DNA of 64,000 bases from Isurus oxyrinchus. Taxonomy: Eukaryota. A program made the translations under genes and the position numbers. Numbering within the stretch: the stretch's first letter is position 1; every line of letters starts with the position of its first letter. This document shows positions 12,224 to 25,975 of this stretch, one piece after another. The stretch is taken from contig JANJGN010000052.1 of assembly GCA_026770705.1 (NCBI GenBank), positions 2,108,001 to 2,172,000 of the forward strand, given 5' to 3'. Below the pieces are notes generated by a model, which was not told the DNA's origin, did not search any database, and was given only the letters and a program-made list of their open reading frames with translations.

Positions 12224-14320
12224 GGTGAGGTGAGAGTGACTGCCTTTGACATCAAGGCTGCATTTGACCGAGTGTGGCATCTAGGATCCCGAGTAAAACT
12301 GGAGTCAATGGGAATCAGGGGTGGTACGAAAGTATAATAATTTGCTTAATATTTTCCTGGTTTGTTGTAAACTAGGTTTATGGGTGTGAGTGTAGATGGG
12401 TCTGTCTGTGTGGTTTAATTACACCTGGAGTCAGGTAGACTGCAAGTTTGAGATTATCAAAAGAAGCTAGGTGTAGAAATGTACTTGAAATGCTAATGAG
12501 TGAACATGGAGGCTTTCTTTGCATGTGAGGTGAGAAAGAGAATTTTAATTTTTAGGTAAGTGAAGGGATTGTTTGGATTTCAAAGGGCTGTTGGTCTGTT
12601 TACAACGAGGCCGATATGCAAGGCAAAGGAGTGTGTTTATTTTTCCCAAAGGTTATTGACAACATTGGCAACATGAAAGTTTTTATATTATGGGAAATGT
12701 ATCATTCCAAAGACATATGGAACAATGAAATTTACATATCAAAGAGAGAGAAACATCAACAAAGGAGAATGAAAGGCTATGTTGGGGATCATGTAAAATC
12801 TAACAAGAGTGTGTGAATCAGCCTTGAAGAAGCCTCCAGGCATTTGTCCATAGGTCTGTTATGTTCAGTGACTGTCGTTCGAGAAAGCCATTTGGAAATC
12901 CACTCTCAAGTGTGTTCTGTGTTAACTTGCTGGTTCTGTTTTTAAATCTAAAATCTATTTTGGTTTATTGCCTAAAAGGAGTTTTACTGCTCACTTCCAG
13001 ACTTCCCAATGCCTGTCCACCATCTTCAAGGTTAATTAGGAAGTTTAGGATTTGTTATAGTAGTAACCGTATCCTTATGTGTGTGCTTTAAATCTTAAAT
13101 AAATATTAAAATTTAATTTTTAAGATCTCTAAATGTCTTGGTTGACACATTACTCCTGAATTCAGTGCACACATCTCATAATAAATACAAATCGCAAAAC
13201 TGTTGTGATAGTGTGACAAAGTTTCCCTTGTGGATTTGGTCCCCCGGCACACATCATCTACCACATCATAACAGAGGGAAAACTCTCCACTGGTTGGAGC
13301 CATACCCAGCACAAAGGAAGATAGTTGTGGTTGTTGGAGGTCAATCATCTCAGTTCCAGGACATCACTGCAGGAGTTACTCAGGGTAGTGTCCAAGGCCC
13401 AACCACCTTCAGCTGCTTCATCAATGACCTTCCTTCCATCATAAGGACAGAAGTGTGGATGTTCACTGATGATTGCACAATGTTCAGCACCATTCACGTC
13501 TCCTCAGATACTGAAGCAGTCCTTGTCCAAATGCAGCAAGACCTGGACAATATCCAGGCTTGGGCTGACAAGTGTCAGGCAATGACCATCTCCAATAAGA
13601 GAGAATCTAACCATCGCTCCTTGATGTTCAATGACATTACCACTGCTGAATGCCCCACTATCAACATCCTGGTGGTTACCATTGACCAGAAATTGTACTG
13701 GACTAGCCATAAAAATACTGTGGCTACAAGAGCAGGTCAGAGGCTGGGAATCATGCAGTGAGTAACTCACTCCAGACTCCCCAAAACCTGTCCACCGTCT
13801 TCAAGGCACAGGTCAGGAGTGTGATGGAAGACTCTCCACTTGCCTGGATGAGTGCAGCTCCAACAAGATTCAATAAACTCAACACCACTCAGGACAAAGC
13901 AGCCCCACTAGTTCGGCTCCCCATCCACAAACATTCACTCTCTGCACAACCGACACACAGTAGCAGCAGTGTGTACCAGCTACAAGGTGCACTGCAGGAA
14001 CTCACCAAAACTCCTTAGGCAGCACCTTCAAACACACGACCACTACCATCTCGAATTACAGGGCAGCAGATACATGGTAACACCACCACCTGGAAGTTAC
14101 CCTCCAAGTCACTCACTATCCTGACTTGGAAATATATCGGCCGTTCCTTCACAGTCACTGGGTCCTAATCCTGGAACACCCTCCCTAACAGCATTGTGGG
14201 TGTACCTACACCACATAGACTGCAACAGTTCAAGAAGGCAGCTCATTACCATATTCTCACGGGCTATTAGGGATGGGCAATAATTCTGGCCTCGCCAGTT
14301 CCGTCCATATCCCATAAATG
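12224..14320 (+). mobile_element. LINE RT and 3' end (HER1/CR1-like) interrupted by a solo-LTR-like element at 12322-13273
   Basis: ITAGVTQGSVQGPTTFSCFINDLP...FTDDCT RT motifs; LINE sequence resumes across a TG...CATAACA insert. Confidence 0.8.
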
Positions 14321-16315
14321 AATATAAAAAACAAGCAATTAAAATGCTCAGACATTTCTCTATATTGTTTTTCAAATGAAATACCATACTCTGGTGAATA
14401 ACTGCATTCTCCAAGGCACCATTTCCTGTTATCACATGCCCTTTTCATTATTTACAATCATGTACCTTCATTTGTAATGTAACATTCCCATGTAAACATG
14501 TCACACTGTAGTTACACCCTCCTGCCAGTGGTGGTGCTCTAGTGTCATAGTTTTACCTCTCAGAAGATGGAGGAAATATATCCACTGTATTTACAATATT
14601 AGAAACACTCAGGGGTGACCAGGGGATTCTTTAGGTCATGTTTACGATGTTGTTAAGATACAAGGGGCCAGTGGGATTTTTCCACTGCGTTTACAATGTT
14701 GTTAAGACAGGATTCGGGTGAAAGATGACCTTCAACCCATCATCCCTCTCATGCCGCGAGGGATCAATAGCCTTAAGTCAGGGCCTGGCAGTTTGTTGGA
14801 ACAGTCCCTGTGCCTGATTGGATAGGCTCAAAGTGAACCCAGTGTTGGGTCTTGAGCCTCAAGATCCTGGAACAGGCACAGAGTGGACACCTCGGATGGA
14901 TGTCAAAAACCCCATGGACACTTTTTGGGTGAAGTGTAGGGGGTGGGTATGGAGTCGGGTGGGGCAGTTATCCCCAGTGTCCTGGGACCAATATTTATCC
15001 CTAAACCAACATCATTAAAAAAAAACAGATGTTCTGGGTCTGTATCTCACTGCTGTTTGTGGGATCCTGCTGTGCAGAAATTGTCTGCCATGTTTCCTAC
15101 TGTTCCACAGCATCCACTGTTCAAAAACATTTCTCAGGGAATGAAGGACTATCTTTGAAGTGCAGATCCCCGTTGTAATGTAGGAAACACCACAGTCAAT
15201 TTGCGCACAGCAAGCTCCCACAAACAGCAATGTGAGAATGATCCAGATCATCTGTTTTTAGGGTGTTAGTTGGGGGTAAATATTGGCCCCAGTATTCTAA
15301 GGCACTCGATACAGGGTTGTGTTTAAGAAGTTTTTGAAGTGTCTGGCACAGTTTTCTAAAGCCCCTCTCAGACCCCACCTGTAGTCACTGGGGTCAGTCC
15401 TGGACCCCGCACCTCAGGGAGGGGATATTGTCCTCGGAGGGGCTGCAGCCCAGAGTCACCAGAACGATCCCGGGGCTGAAAGGGTTAAATCCCGAGGACA
15501 GGTTGCACAGACCAGGCTTGTGTTCCCTCGAGTCTCGAAGATTAAGGGGTGATCTAATCGAGGGGTTTAAGATGATTAAAGGCTTTGTTACGGGCAATAG
15601 AGAGAAACTATTTCCTCTGATGGGGTTGAGGTGAGGAGGGTTCAGAACAAGGGGGCAGAACATTAACATTGGAGCCAGGCCGTTCAGGGGGTGATGTCAG
15701 GAAGCACTTCTTCACACAAAGCGGGGGTGGAAATCTGGAACTCTCTCCCCCAGAAAAAGCTGTCGAGACTGGGAGGGGTCAATTGTAAATTTCAAAACTG
15801 AGATTGGGAGATTGTTGTTGGGTCGGGGGTTAAGGGTCACGGAACCGAGGCGGGTGGATGGGGTTAAGATACAGATCAGCTGTGATGTAGTCAAATAGAG
15901 AAGGAGGCTAGAGGGGCTGAATGGCCTCTTCCTGTTCCTGTGCATCAGACTCGACAGGAGGAGGAGGGGAGGAGGAGAAAGATGAGGATGAGGTGGAGGG
16001 AGGTGGGGGGTTGAGGAGGGGGAGGCGTGGGAGTATGAGGAGAGAGACGAGGAGGGACGCAGAGGAGCAGGAGGATGAAGAGTGGAGGAGGGACTAGTTA
16101 CTCTCTGAGCTGCAGCTTCCAATTCCTTATTTGATGCCGTGCATGTGGGGTTGGAAGATTTTTTTAAAAACCACAGGCAGTTCACAGAAACCCACAGGAA
16201 ACCCACAGAGAGACAGTCACTGGAATACACACTCACTCCTTGTGGTTTCACCTTTTAACCACATCCTGTCTGTGTGGCTTAAATGTTAAACACACCGGCC
16301 ACACTCAGGGAAGTT

Positions 16316-18225
16316 NNNNNNNNNNNNNNNNNNNNNNNNNNNNNNNNNNNNNNNNNNNNNNNNNNNNNNNNNNNNNNNNNNNNNNNNNNNNNNNNNNNNN
16401 NNNNNNNNNNNNNNNNNNNNNNNNNNNNNNNNNNNNNNNNNNNNNNNNNNNNNNNNNNNNNNNNNNNNNNNNNNNNNNNNNNNNNNNNNNNNNNNNNNNN
16501 NNNNNNNNNNNNNNNNNNNNNNNNNNNNNNNNNNNNNNNNNNNNNNNNNNNNNNNNNNNNNNNNNNNNNNNNNNNNNNNNNNNNNNNNNNNNNNNNNNNN
16601 NNNNNNNNNNNNNNNNNNNNNNNNNNNNNNNNNNNNNNNACACTCACATACACACATAGACACACACACACACATACACAAACACACATACACACGCTCA
16701 CACTCTTACAGACAGACACAAACACACTTACATTCTCATATTCACACATTCACACACACATTCACTCACACACGTGCACAAATACAAACACAAAGACAAT
16801 ATCCCAATGACAGCAAACTGCGATTAAGAGCTTCCTACAACTGAACTAACAGACCAAAGACATATTGTACTGTCTAAAAGTGACCTGTTTTTCAAAGAAA
16901 TACAAGATTGTACACAGATCAAAAATGGCTGACACAAGTCATCTGATTGCTGATACTGTGAAGTTGATCACTTCTCTGGAAAGGTTCAAATGAATTGCAC
17001 TGCAGACCTGTTGCATGGAAGGTCACGCCTGGGGTGTGTCAGGGTGCACTTCAAACAGGGACACTCTTAAAAGGAAGGCATTAAAATGCAAAGTGCTGGA
17101 CTTTGATCAGCTGTGGTTCTATCAAAACAGTGGGAACTGCTCACCAAGCGGATAATCATCAGCCATTCAAAACCCCCTCTGGAGGATACAATACCCCCAT
17201 CTCCTGTTGATTTATATCTTGAAATGCATCAAATGTTTTGGAGATGCAAAGATAAAAAATGGGAGTACTTGGCCTTTAACAATATCTGAAGCTAACAGAG
17301 TGTCTTCAACAACGTGAAAATCTGAGCCAGATGAAATACAGGATTCTACAGCAAACCAACTAATTTAAAACAGCTTCAAACTTCACAGCCTACGCTGCAG
17401 TATAAGCTAACAACTCTTTTAATTTTTTATTGGACTCCATAATNNNNNNNNNNNNNNNNNNNNNNNNNNNNNNNNNNNNNNNNNNNNNNNNNNNNNNNNN
17501 NNNNNNNNNNNNNNNNNNNNNNNNNNNNNNNNNNNNNNNNNNNNNNNNNNNNNNNNNNNNNNNNNNNNNNNNNNNNNNNNNNNNNNNNNNNNNNNNNNNN
17601 NNNNNNNNNNNNNNNNNNNNNNNNNNNNNNNNNNNNNNNNNNNNNNNNNNNNNNNNNNNNNNNNNNNNNNNNNNNNNNNNNNNNNNNNNNNNNNNNNNNN
17701 NNNNNNNNNNNNNNNNNNNNNNNNNNNNNNNNNNNNNNNNNTTTCTCCAGTTAGGTAACGAGTAAAATAACTCTTTCTTTGACTCAACCGAACGTGGTTT
17801 AATTGTTTTGGAAATTGCATTTGGGGGAAAATATATTTTAAAACCCTTTTTTGTGACCAACCATGGGGTTTGAATAGAAAGGGAGCCAGTTCACTCCCCG
17901 TCAACCANNNNNNNNNNNNNNNNNNNNNNNNNNNNNNNNNNNNNNNNNNNNNNNNNNNNNNNNNNNNNNNNNNNNNNNNNNNNNNNNNNNNNNNNNNNNN
18001 NNNNNNNNNNNNNNNNNNNNNNNNNNNNNNNNNNNNNNNNNNNNNNNNNNNNNNNNNNNNNNNNNNNNNNNNNNNNNNNNNNNNNNNNNNNNNNNNNNNN
18101 NNNNNNNNNNNNNNNNNNNNNNNNNNNNNNNNNNNNNNNNNNNNNNNNNNNNNNNNNNNNNNNNNNNNNNNNNNNNNNNNNNNNNNNNNNNNNNNNNNNN
18201 NNNNNNNNNNNNNNNNNNNNNNNNN
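16316..18225. other. Assembly gaps (16316-16639, 17444-17741, 17908-18225; also 1797-1948 and 21522-21676)
   Basis: Runs of N. Confidence 1.
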
Positions 18226-18254
18226 TGACAGGAAACTGCGACTGAGTGATAGCA

Positions 18255-19429
18255 TGTCAGGAATATATAATAATCTCCATAATGTTATTGGAATTTATTG
18301 TAAAATAGAGTCCATGTCTATGTGTCCACATGTGTCTGTGATGTGTTTGTGTGAGACTTATTGGAATTAGAGGAAGCTGGTCTGGGTGTTTTGATGGAAG
18401 AAGAGAAGTTAGGTTTGAACTGTTAGATAAACATGGGGAAGTTTTAGAATGTGAAGTGTAAAGGGGGCAATTTGCATTTTAAATTAAACCAAACTAGATT
18501 GTTTTCAAAGAAGGAGAGAAATGTGTCACCCAGCCAGGTGAAGATAAGAAACAGTGTGTTTATTTTTGCCAAAGATTACTGGTAAAAGTTAGGACTATGA
18601 GAGATTTGTATTATTACAAAAATAAAGTCCAAAGACAAAACAAAAACAATGGGAATTTGCATTCAAAGGGGAAAATATGTATCAAGGAGTGAAGGCTGTG
18701 TGTAAGGGTTGGTCTTTTTAAGAGCTTACAATGGTGAAAAGCCATCAGCCTGCATGTCCCAAGCTGCTGCCTCCAGGGACTGAAGTTAAGATAACTCATT
18801 TTGATCTCAGCTGTCCAGAGTATCGTTTATTTTTCCTGGGACTTTTAAAGTCTCAGTGTTTTACTGTTGCCTGAACAAAAGTGTAAATGGAAGTTAAATT
18901 AATTAAGAGATTTAGAAGTTATTATAGTAGCAATTTATAGATATATGTGTGTGCTTAAAAATAATTTTTCTTGTTAATCAATGTTTAATTTAGTTTTATA
19001 AAAAACCTCTTACACTTTGAAAAAAGGGTCAACTCAAATTGTAAAGTGCTTTGGGACATCCAAATATCATGCTATACAGAAGAGAGTTGATTGGAGCAGC
19101 AAGTGTTTTACTTACAGGAGAATGAGTCCCCAGGGTTGTAGAGTCAATCCTGTCAGATGAATGACTAACTGGAGACACTGATCCAATTCTGGAAATGTTT
19201 AGTTTACCAGGTTTGGAGGAGAGATGATCTTCCTCTCCTGACTGCATCAGACAAGTGGTGAACCTGTTGAGGTAAACAGAATTACCTCTTAAACCTCTTA
19301 ACCTCATTACTACTGAATTTAAAGCTCACACCTCAAAACATACAAGTTGGAAATTAGTTGTGACAGTTGTTTCAAGTTTCCCTCCAGGATTTGAACAGCT
19401 CAGCATTTACCATCTGTTATGTCATAACA
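18255..19429 (+). mobile_element. Solo-LTR-like element nested in another repeat (host repeat also at 16808-17440)
   Basis: TGTCA...CATAACA termini; the flanks join to match 16808-17440. Confidence 0.55.
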
Positions 19430-20212
19430 GAGCTTCCTTTAACTTCATCAACGAGCCAAAAATGTATTGAACTGTTTAAAGGAGACCTGTTTTTTCAAAA
19501 GTACAAGATTAGGCACTGATCAATAATGGCTGTCACGAGTCACCTGATTGCTGATACTGCAAACTTGATCACTTCTCTGGAAAGCTTCAAATGAATTGCA
19601 CTTCAGACATGTTGCATGAAAGTTCTCACTGAGGTGTGTCAGTGTACACTTGAAACAGGGTCTCCCTTAAAAATGCAAAGCGCTGGACTCTGATCACTGT
19701 AGGTCTATCAAGCTAATGGGAACTGCTCACCGTGCAGATATTCATCAAACATTCAACACCCCTTGTGGAGAATGAAATGTCTCCATCTCCTGTTGATCTA
19801 TATCTTGAAATGCATCAAATGTTTCAGAGATGCAAAGATCAAAAAAGGGATTACTTGGTCTGCGACAATGAATGCAAGACATGCTGATCGAATTCCCTTT
19901 GGGAATATACAGACAGGAGTTTAACAACAGGTTCTGTCAAGCAGATATAAGAGAAAGTAGGAGGAAAAAGAAAGATGGCAGTCACTCAAAAACACTGCTG
20001 GAAAAGAGCAGAAATTCTCTCTCTCTCTTTCTGAAGCTAACAGAGCGTCTTTAACAAAGTGCAAATCTGAATCAAATCACCACCAGGATGCCACAGGAAA
20101 CCAATCAACCTTGAACAGCTGCAAACGTCAGCAATCTATTTCTCAAAGACAAGCAAATGTATTAATCATATATTCTTTTACGTTTTTTATTGGACTCTAA
20201 CTTTTTTAATTC

Positions 20213-20257
<45 letters not shown>

Positions 20258-20432
20258 TGTCTGTCTGCCTTTCTGTGTATGTGTGTGTGTCTGCCTGTGC
20301 GAGCTTGTGTCAGTGTGAACGTCTGTGTATGTGTGTGTGTGTGTGTGTGTGTGTATCTGTGTGCGTGTGCATTGTTGCATCTTTATTATTAACGTTATTT
20401 AAAAATAGTGATCACACAAGCCTGGTTTCTAA

Positions 20433-20470
20433 GGAAATGAAACTGCAAACAATTTACAGTAAAGTGAAAC
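20433..20470 (+). promoter_or_regulatory. ETS-IRF composite element (GGAAatGAAAC) plus IRF site (AAAGTGAAAC), copy 1
   Basis: Exact GGAAnnGAAA match; both motifs retained in the duplicate at 23047-23084. Confidence 0.45.
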
Positions 20471-20564
20471 GTACAGGAATACTCTATTTATTTTGAGCTA
20501 ATGATATATAATTATACATGAGGCATGTTGCTAATTTCAAATGTCATCTGAAATATGGCAGGTC

Positions 20565-21290
20565 TGACAGAGCAGCATTCCCTCAGTGCCCACCCTCTGA
20601 CAGTGCAGCACTCCCTCAGTACTGACCCTCTGACAGTGCAGCACTCCCTCACTACTGACCTTCGGACAGTGCAGCACTCCCTCAGTACTGACCCTCTGGT
20701 AGTGCAGCACTCCCTCAGTACTGACCCTCCGACAGTGCAGCTCTCCCTCAGTACTGACCCTCTGGGAGTTCAGCACACCCTCAGTACTGACCCTCTGACA
20801 GTGCAGCTCTCCCTCAGTACTGACCCTCAGGGAGTGCAGCACTCCCTCAGTACTGACCCTCCGACAGTGCAGCACTCCCTCAGCACTGACCCTCCGACAG
20901 TGCAGCACTTCCTCAGTACTGACCCTCCGACAGTGCAGCTCTCCCACAGTACTGACCCTCTGGGAGTTCAGCACACCCTCAGTACTGACCCTCTGACAGT
21001 GCAGCACTCCCTCAGTACTGACCCTCTGGGAGTGCAGCACTCCCTCAGTACCGACCCTCTGACAGTGCAGCACTCCCTCAACACTGACCGTCCAACAGTT
21101 CAGCACTGATTCACTACTGACATTTTGATAGTGCCGCGCTCCCTCAGTATTGACCCTGTGACAGTGCAGCACTCCCTCAGTACTGACCCTCTGGGAGTGC
21201 AGCAGTTCCTCAGTGCTGACCCTCCAACAATGCAGCACTCCCTCAGCACTGACCCTCCAACAGTGCAGCACGCCCTCAGCACTCCCTCAC
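20565..21290. repeat. 33-bp satellite array
   Basis: cagtactgaccctccgacagtgcagcactccct; further arrays at 8275-8560, 11415-11600, 26465-26790, 43235-43430, 49180-49430, 55925-56225, 58240-58485. Confidence 0.95.
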
Positions 21291-21899
21291 TGGGGAGAGT
21301 CTGTCTGCGTTTTGAGCTGTAACCTTGAGACGGTCTCAAACCCCAACATTCCGTCTCAGAGACAGAAAGAGTGTGTGAGTGTGTGGGAGAGAAAGACAAT
21401 GTGTGGGAGAGAGTGAGAGTGTGTTTGTGTGAGAGAGAGAAGGAGAGAGAGAAAGAGAAAATGTGCATGTATGTGTGTGTGTGAGTTTGTGTGTGAGCGT
21501 GTGTTTGTATGCGTGTGCATANNNNNNNNNNNNNNNNNNNNNNNNNNNNNNNNNNNNNNNNNNNNNNNNNNNNNNNNNNNNNNNNNNNNNNNNNNNNNNN
21601 NNNNNNNNNNNNNNNNNNNNNNNNNNNNNNNNNNNNNNNNNNNNNNNNNNNNNNNNNNNNNNNNNNNNNNNNNNNNACAGTTATACAGGTTGCTAGGGAC
21701 CACTTTTCCGCCTCTCTGTCAGACTGTGTGTATCTGACAGCAGGTCAGGCAGAAATAGTCCAGAATGCACTGTGGTTTTGTAGCATTGAAACAACGACAT
21801 GAACTAAATGAGTGCTGCACCAAATAAAGACATGGAGTGACCACACCAAAAAACCACGTGACTTCCCCAGTTTCACATCTCCCTCAAACACAGAAAAAC

Positions 21900-22088
21900 T
21901 GGGTTAACACTGACCCTCCTCCCAGAGCCAGTTCACCTCGTGTCCGATGCAGTCAGGAGAGGAAGATCATCTCTCCTCCGATCCTGGTAAACTGAACATT
22001 TCCAGAATTAGATCAGCTCCCTGAAGTGTCTCCAGTTAGACATTCATCTGACAGGATTGACTCTACGACCCTGGGGACTCATTCTCCT
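21900..22088 (+). promoter_or_regulatory. Candidate promoter and 5' non-coding exon of gene B
   Basis: Strong donor CT|gtaagt at 22089; GAGGAAG ETS-like motif; the gene B leader exon begins with an acceptor (tttag at 25091-25095), so an upstream exon is expected; start coordinate approximate. Confidence 0.4.
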
Positions 22089-23046
22089 GTAAGTAAAACA
22101 CTTGCTGCTCCTGTCAAATCTCTTCTGTACAGCATGGTCTCTGGATGTCCCAGAACACTTTACAGTTGAGTTCACCCTTTTTTCGAAGTGTGGTTACTGT
22201 TGTAATGTAGGAAACGCAGCAGCCAATTAGCGCACAGCAAGCTCCCACAAACAGCAATGTGAGCATCTGTTTTTGGTGATGTTGGTTGAGGGATAAATAT
22301 TGGTCCCAGGACACCGGGGAGATCTCCCCCCTGCTCTTCCTCCAAATAGTGGCTGTGGGATCTTTCACACCCGCCCGAGAGGGCAGACGGGGGACTCGGT
22401 TTAGTGTCTAATATTGGACTAATCTCCAGGCGAGGTTGGCTGGATGGATTATTGACAAGGTCCATTCACCCTGTAAAGAGTATCTCTGGTTTGAAATACC
22501 CAATCAAACATCGAGTTCTGTGTCTAAACTTTGTGTTGAAAAGACACCTTTCCAGCTCTTCACCTGCCATTAGCTTGTTGAGTCTTCACACGCTCTGTCT
22601 GTCCGTGACCAACCCCTCTTAGCTCATCCTTTCCTTGTCGTACATCGAGCTGTTCATCCTGACGGGTTCCCTCCTTCCCAGTAACACTCCATCTCCGACA
22701 TCAAACTAACTCCCAACACGTTGATGAATTGTATGGATTCCAGCGTCAGTTGGTTCTGTCTGAGGCTGTTTCTCTGATCGGGGACCGAGCTGTTCTGAAC
22801 GGACATTGTGTTCAGCAGTTCTTATTGCAGATCAGGCTGTTCAACCAATGCTGCTGTTCACTGAGGTGACTCCGATTCTACATTCACACATTAATGATCT
22901 CATGTCCAGCAGCAAACATCTGAATGAAGCCAGGTTCAAGAAAAAACCCAGCTGCTTGATCCGACAGTTATCTGTTCAGGCATGGCCCCTTGTTCCAAAT
23001 AACAAACATTATTTAAAAATAGTCATCACATGAGCCTGGTTAACAA

Positions 23047-23084
23047 GGAAATGAAACCATGAACAATTTGCAGTAAAGTGAAAC
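23047..23084 (+). promoter_or_regulatory. ETS-IRF composite element plus IRF site, copy 2
   Basis: GGAAATGAAAC...AAAGTGAAAC. Confidence 0.45.
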
Positions 23085-23179
23085 ATACAGGACTAATCTA
23101 TTTATATTGAGCTGATGATATAGAATTTTAGATGAGGCATGTTGCTAATTTCAAACATCATCTGAATTACGGTAGTTCT

Positions 23180-23900
23180 GACAGTGCAGCACTCCCTCAG
23201 TACTGACCCTTTGACAGTGCAGCACTCCCTCAGTACTGACCCTCTGACAGTGCAGCACTCCCTCAGTACTGACCCTCCGACAGTGCAGCACTCCCTCAGT
23301 ACTGACCCTCTGACAGTGCAGCACTCCCTCAGTACTGACACTCTGACAGTGCAGCACTCCCTCAGTACTGACCCTCTGACAGTGCAGCACTCCCTCAGCA
23401 CTGACCCTCCGACAGTGCAGCACTCCCTCAGTACTGATCCTCTGACCGTGCAGCACTCCCTCAGTACTGACACTCTGACAGTGCAGCACTCCCTTAGTAC
23501 TGACCCATTGACAGTACAGCACTCCCTCAGTACTGACCCTCTGACTGTACAGCACTCCCTCAGTACTGACCCTCCGACAGTGCAGCACTCCCTCAGTACT
23601 GACCCTCTGACTGTACAGCACTCCCTCAGTACTGACCCTCTGACAGTGCAGCACTCCCTCAGTACTTACCCTCTGACAGTGCAGCACGCCCTCAGTACTG
23701 ATCCTCTGACAGTGCAGTACTCCCTCAGTACTTACCCTCTGACAGTGCAGCACTCCCTCAGTACTGACCCTCTGACTGTACAGCACTCCCTCAGTACTGA
23801 CCCTCTGACAGTGCAGCACTCCCTCAGCACTGACCCTCTGACAGTGCAGCACTCCCTCAGCACTGACCCTCTGACAGTGCAGCACCCCCTGAGCACTCCC
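23180..23900. repeat. 33-bp satellite array
   Basis: Same unit; source of the spurious VQHSLSTDPLT ORFs. Confidence 0.95.
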
Positions 23901-23969
23901 TCACTGGGGAGAATCTGCCTGGGTTTTGAGCTGAAATCATGAGCAGGTCTTAAATCCTTCCGTATCAGA

Positions 23970-24840
23970 GAGAAGAGGGAGAGAGTGTGAGAGAGAGAGA
24001 GAAAGAGCGGGAGAGAGAGACAGTGTGAGAGAGAAAAAGAGATAGAGAGAGTGTGTGCATGTGTGAGGGAGAGTGTGTGTGTATGAGGAAGAGAGTGTGC
24101 ATGTGAGAGAGAGTGTGTTTGAGAGAGAGTGTGTGTATGAGAGAGTGTGTGTGAGGGAGAGAATGTGCGTGTGAGAGAGAGTGTGTGTGAGAGAGAGTGT
24201 GTGTGAGAGAGAATGTGCGAGAGAGAGAGAGGGTACTTGTGTGTGAGAGAGAGTGTGCGTGTGAGAGAGTGTGTTTGAGAGAGAGAGGGTGCTTGTGTGT
24301 GAGAGAGAATGTGCGAGAGAGAGAGAGGGTACTTGTGTGTGAGAGAGAGAAAGAGGGAGACAGCAGAAGAGCGAGATAGAGAGAAATGGTGAAAGTTTGA
24401 GAGAGAGAGAATGTGTGTGTCAGAGAGAGAATGAGTGTGTTTGAGAGAGAGAGATAGAGCAGAAGAGTGCGATAGATAGAGATTGTGAGTGTTAGAGAGA
24501 GAATGTGTGTGTGTGAGAGAGAGAGAGAGCAGAGGAGTGTGATAGAGAGAGATTGTGAGTGTTAGAGAGAGAATGTGTGTGTGAGAGAGAGAGATAGAGC
24601 AGAAGAGTGTGATAGAGACAGATTGTCAGTGTTAGAGAGAGAATGTGTGTGTGAGAGAGAGAGATAGAGCAGAAGAGTGTGATAGAGAGAGATTGTGAGT
24701 GTTAGAGAGAGAATGTGTGTGTGAGAGAGAGAGATAGAGCAGAAGAGTGTGATAGAGAGAGATTGTGAGTGTTAGAGAGAGAATGTGTGTGTGTGAGAGA
24801 GAGAGATAGAGCAGAAGACTGCGATAGATAGAGATTGTGA
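23970..24840. repeat. GA/GT compound microsatellite with a higher-order unit
   Basis: gagagagatagagcagaagagtgtgatagagagagattgtgagtgtta repeats. Confidence 0.85.
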
Positions 24841-25109
24841 GGACTAAACTCACTGAGAGAAAAAGCTGGACACCCAGCACAGGGAGTGAGGGAACAATGA
24901 ATTTTTGCCGTCTTTGGTGAATCAGTTTGCGATGTCCCTTCTCAATCTCTCCTTCCTTGTCTTGACGTTAGTTTATTCCCTGGGGCTGTTTAATTCCCTG
25001 AAAGGTGCCATTTAACCACAAGTTGTTATTGTTTGAGGAAGAAACGCTGGGGACAATTTATGAAAAAGTCTCTGTCTTTATCATTTTCCATTTAGATGAG
25101 GAACTGAAG

Positions 25110-25155
25110 ATGGGAGAGGTCGGTCTGATACTGATCTTCATCAGCTTGCTGCAAG
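25110..25155 (+). CDS. Siglec-like gene B signal peptide exon
   Basis: MGEVGLILIFISLLQ-G|gtacaa, phase 1; acceptor tttag just upstream. Confidence 0.85.
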
Positions 25156-25975
25156 GTACAAATTCATTACTGATCGGAACTCAGGGAATTGGATTCTTTC
25201 CTGGAGTGAGGAAGTGAACATTTAATTTTAGAGAAAAGGGTTAGTGATCACACAGAGAGTGAGTGAATAGCGAGTCAGAGAATTTAGCAAAAGCAAAAGT
25301 CTCATACGGACTCGAAACACCAACTCTGTTTCTCTCTCCACAGATGCTGTCAGACCGGCTGAGTTTTTCCAGCATTTTCTGTTTGTGCATCAGAGAGCTT
25401 GTTTCAATAGGAATGACAGTGCATTTATATAGCACCTTTAATGCAGTAAAACATCCTTATTGCTTCACAGGATTCCCCCACAAGGGGTAACATCCCCTCA
25501 GCATCCACCCTGTCAAACCCCCCACCACCTCAGAATCTTATATGTTTCAATAAGATCACCTCTCATTCTTCTAAACTCCAATGGATACAGGGCCCAACCT
25601 GCTCAACATTTCCTCATAAGACAAACCCCCTTCATCCCAGGAATCAGCCCAGTGATCCTCCTCTGAGCTGCCTCCAATGCAGAGTCTATCCCTCCCTAAG
25701 TAAGGAGACCAGAACTCTACACACTGCTCCTGATACAATCTCACCAACGCCCTGTACAGTTGTAGCAAGACTTCCCTCCTTTTATACTCCATCCCTTTGC
25801 AATAAAGGCCAACATTCCACTTGCCTTCCTCATTCCGTGCTGTTCCTGAATGCTGACTTTCTGTGATTCATGTACAAGGACACCCAGATCCCTCTGTACC
25901 GCATTCTGCTGCCTCTCTCCATTGAAGTAATATTCTGCTTTTTGATGTCCTGTCTCTTCCCTTGTTGCCTTTCAG

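Noticed and set aside
16240-18370. ORFs spanning N runs
   Set aside because: Artefacts of assembly gaps
22410-22810. Unique coding-looking stretch in the gene B 5' region
   Set aside because: Only short frames, with no recognisable motif or splice pair
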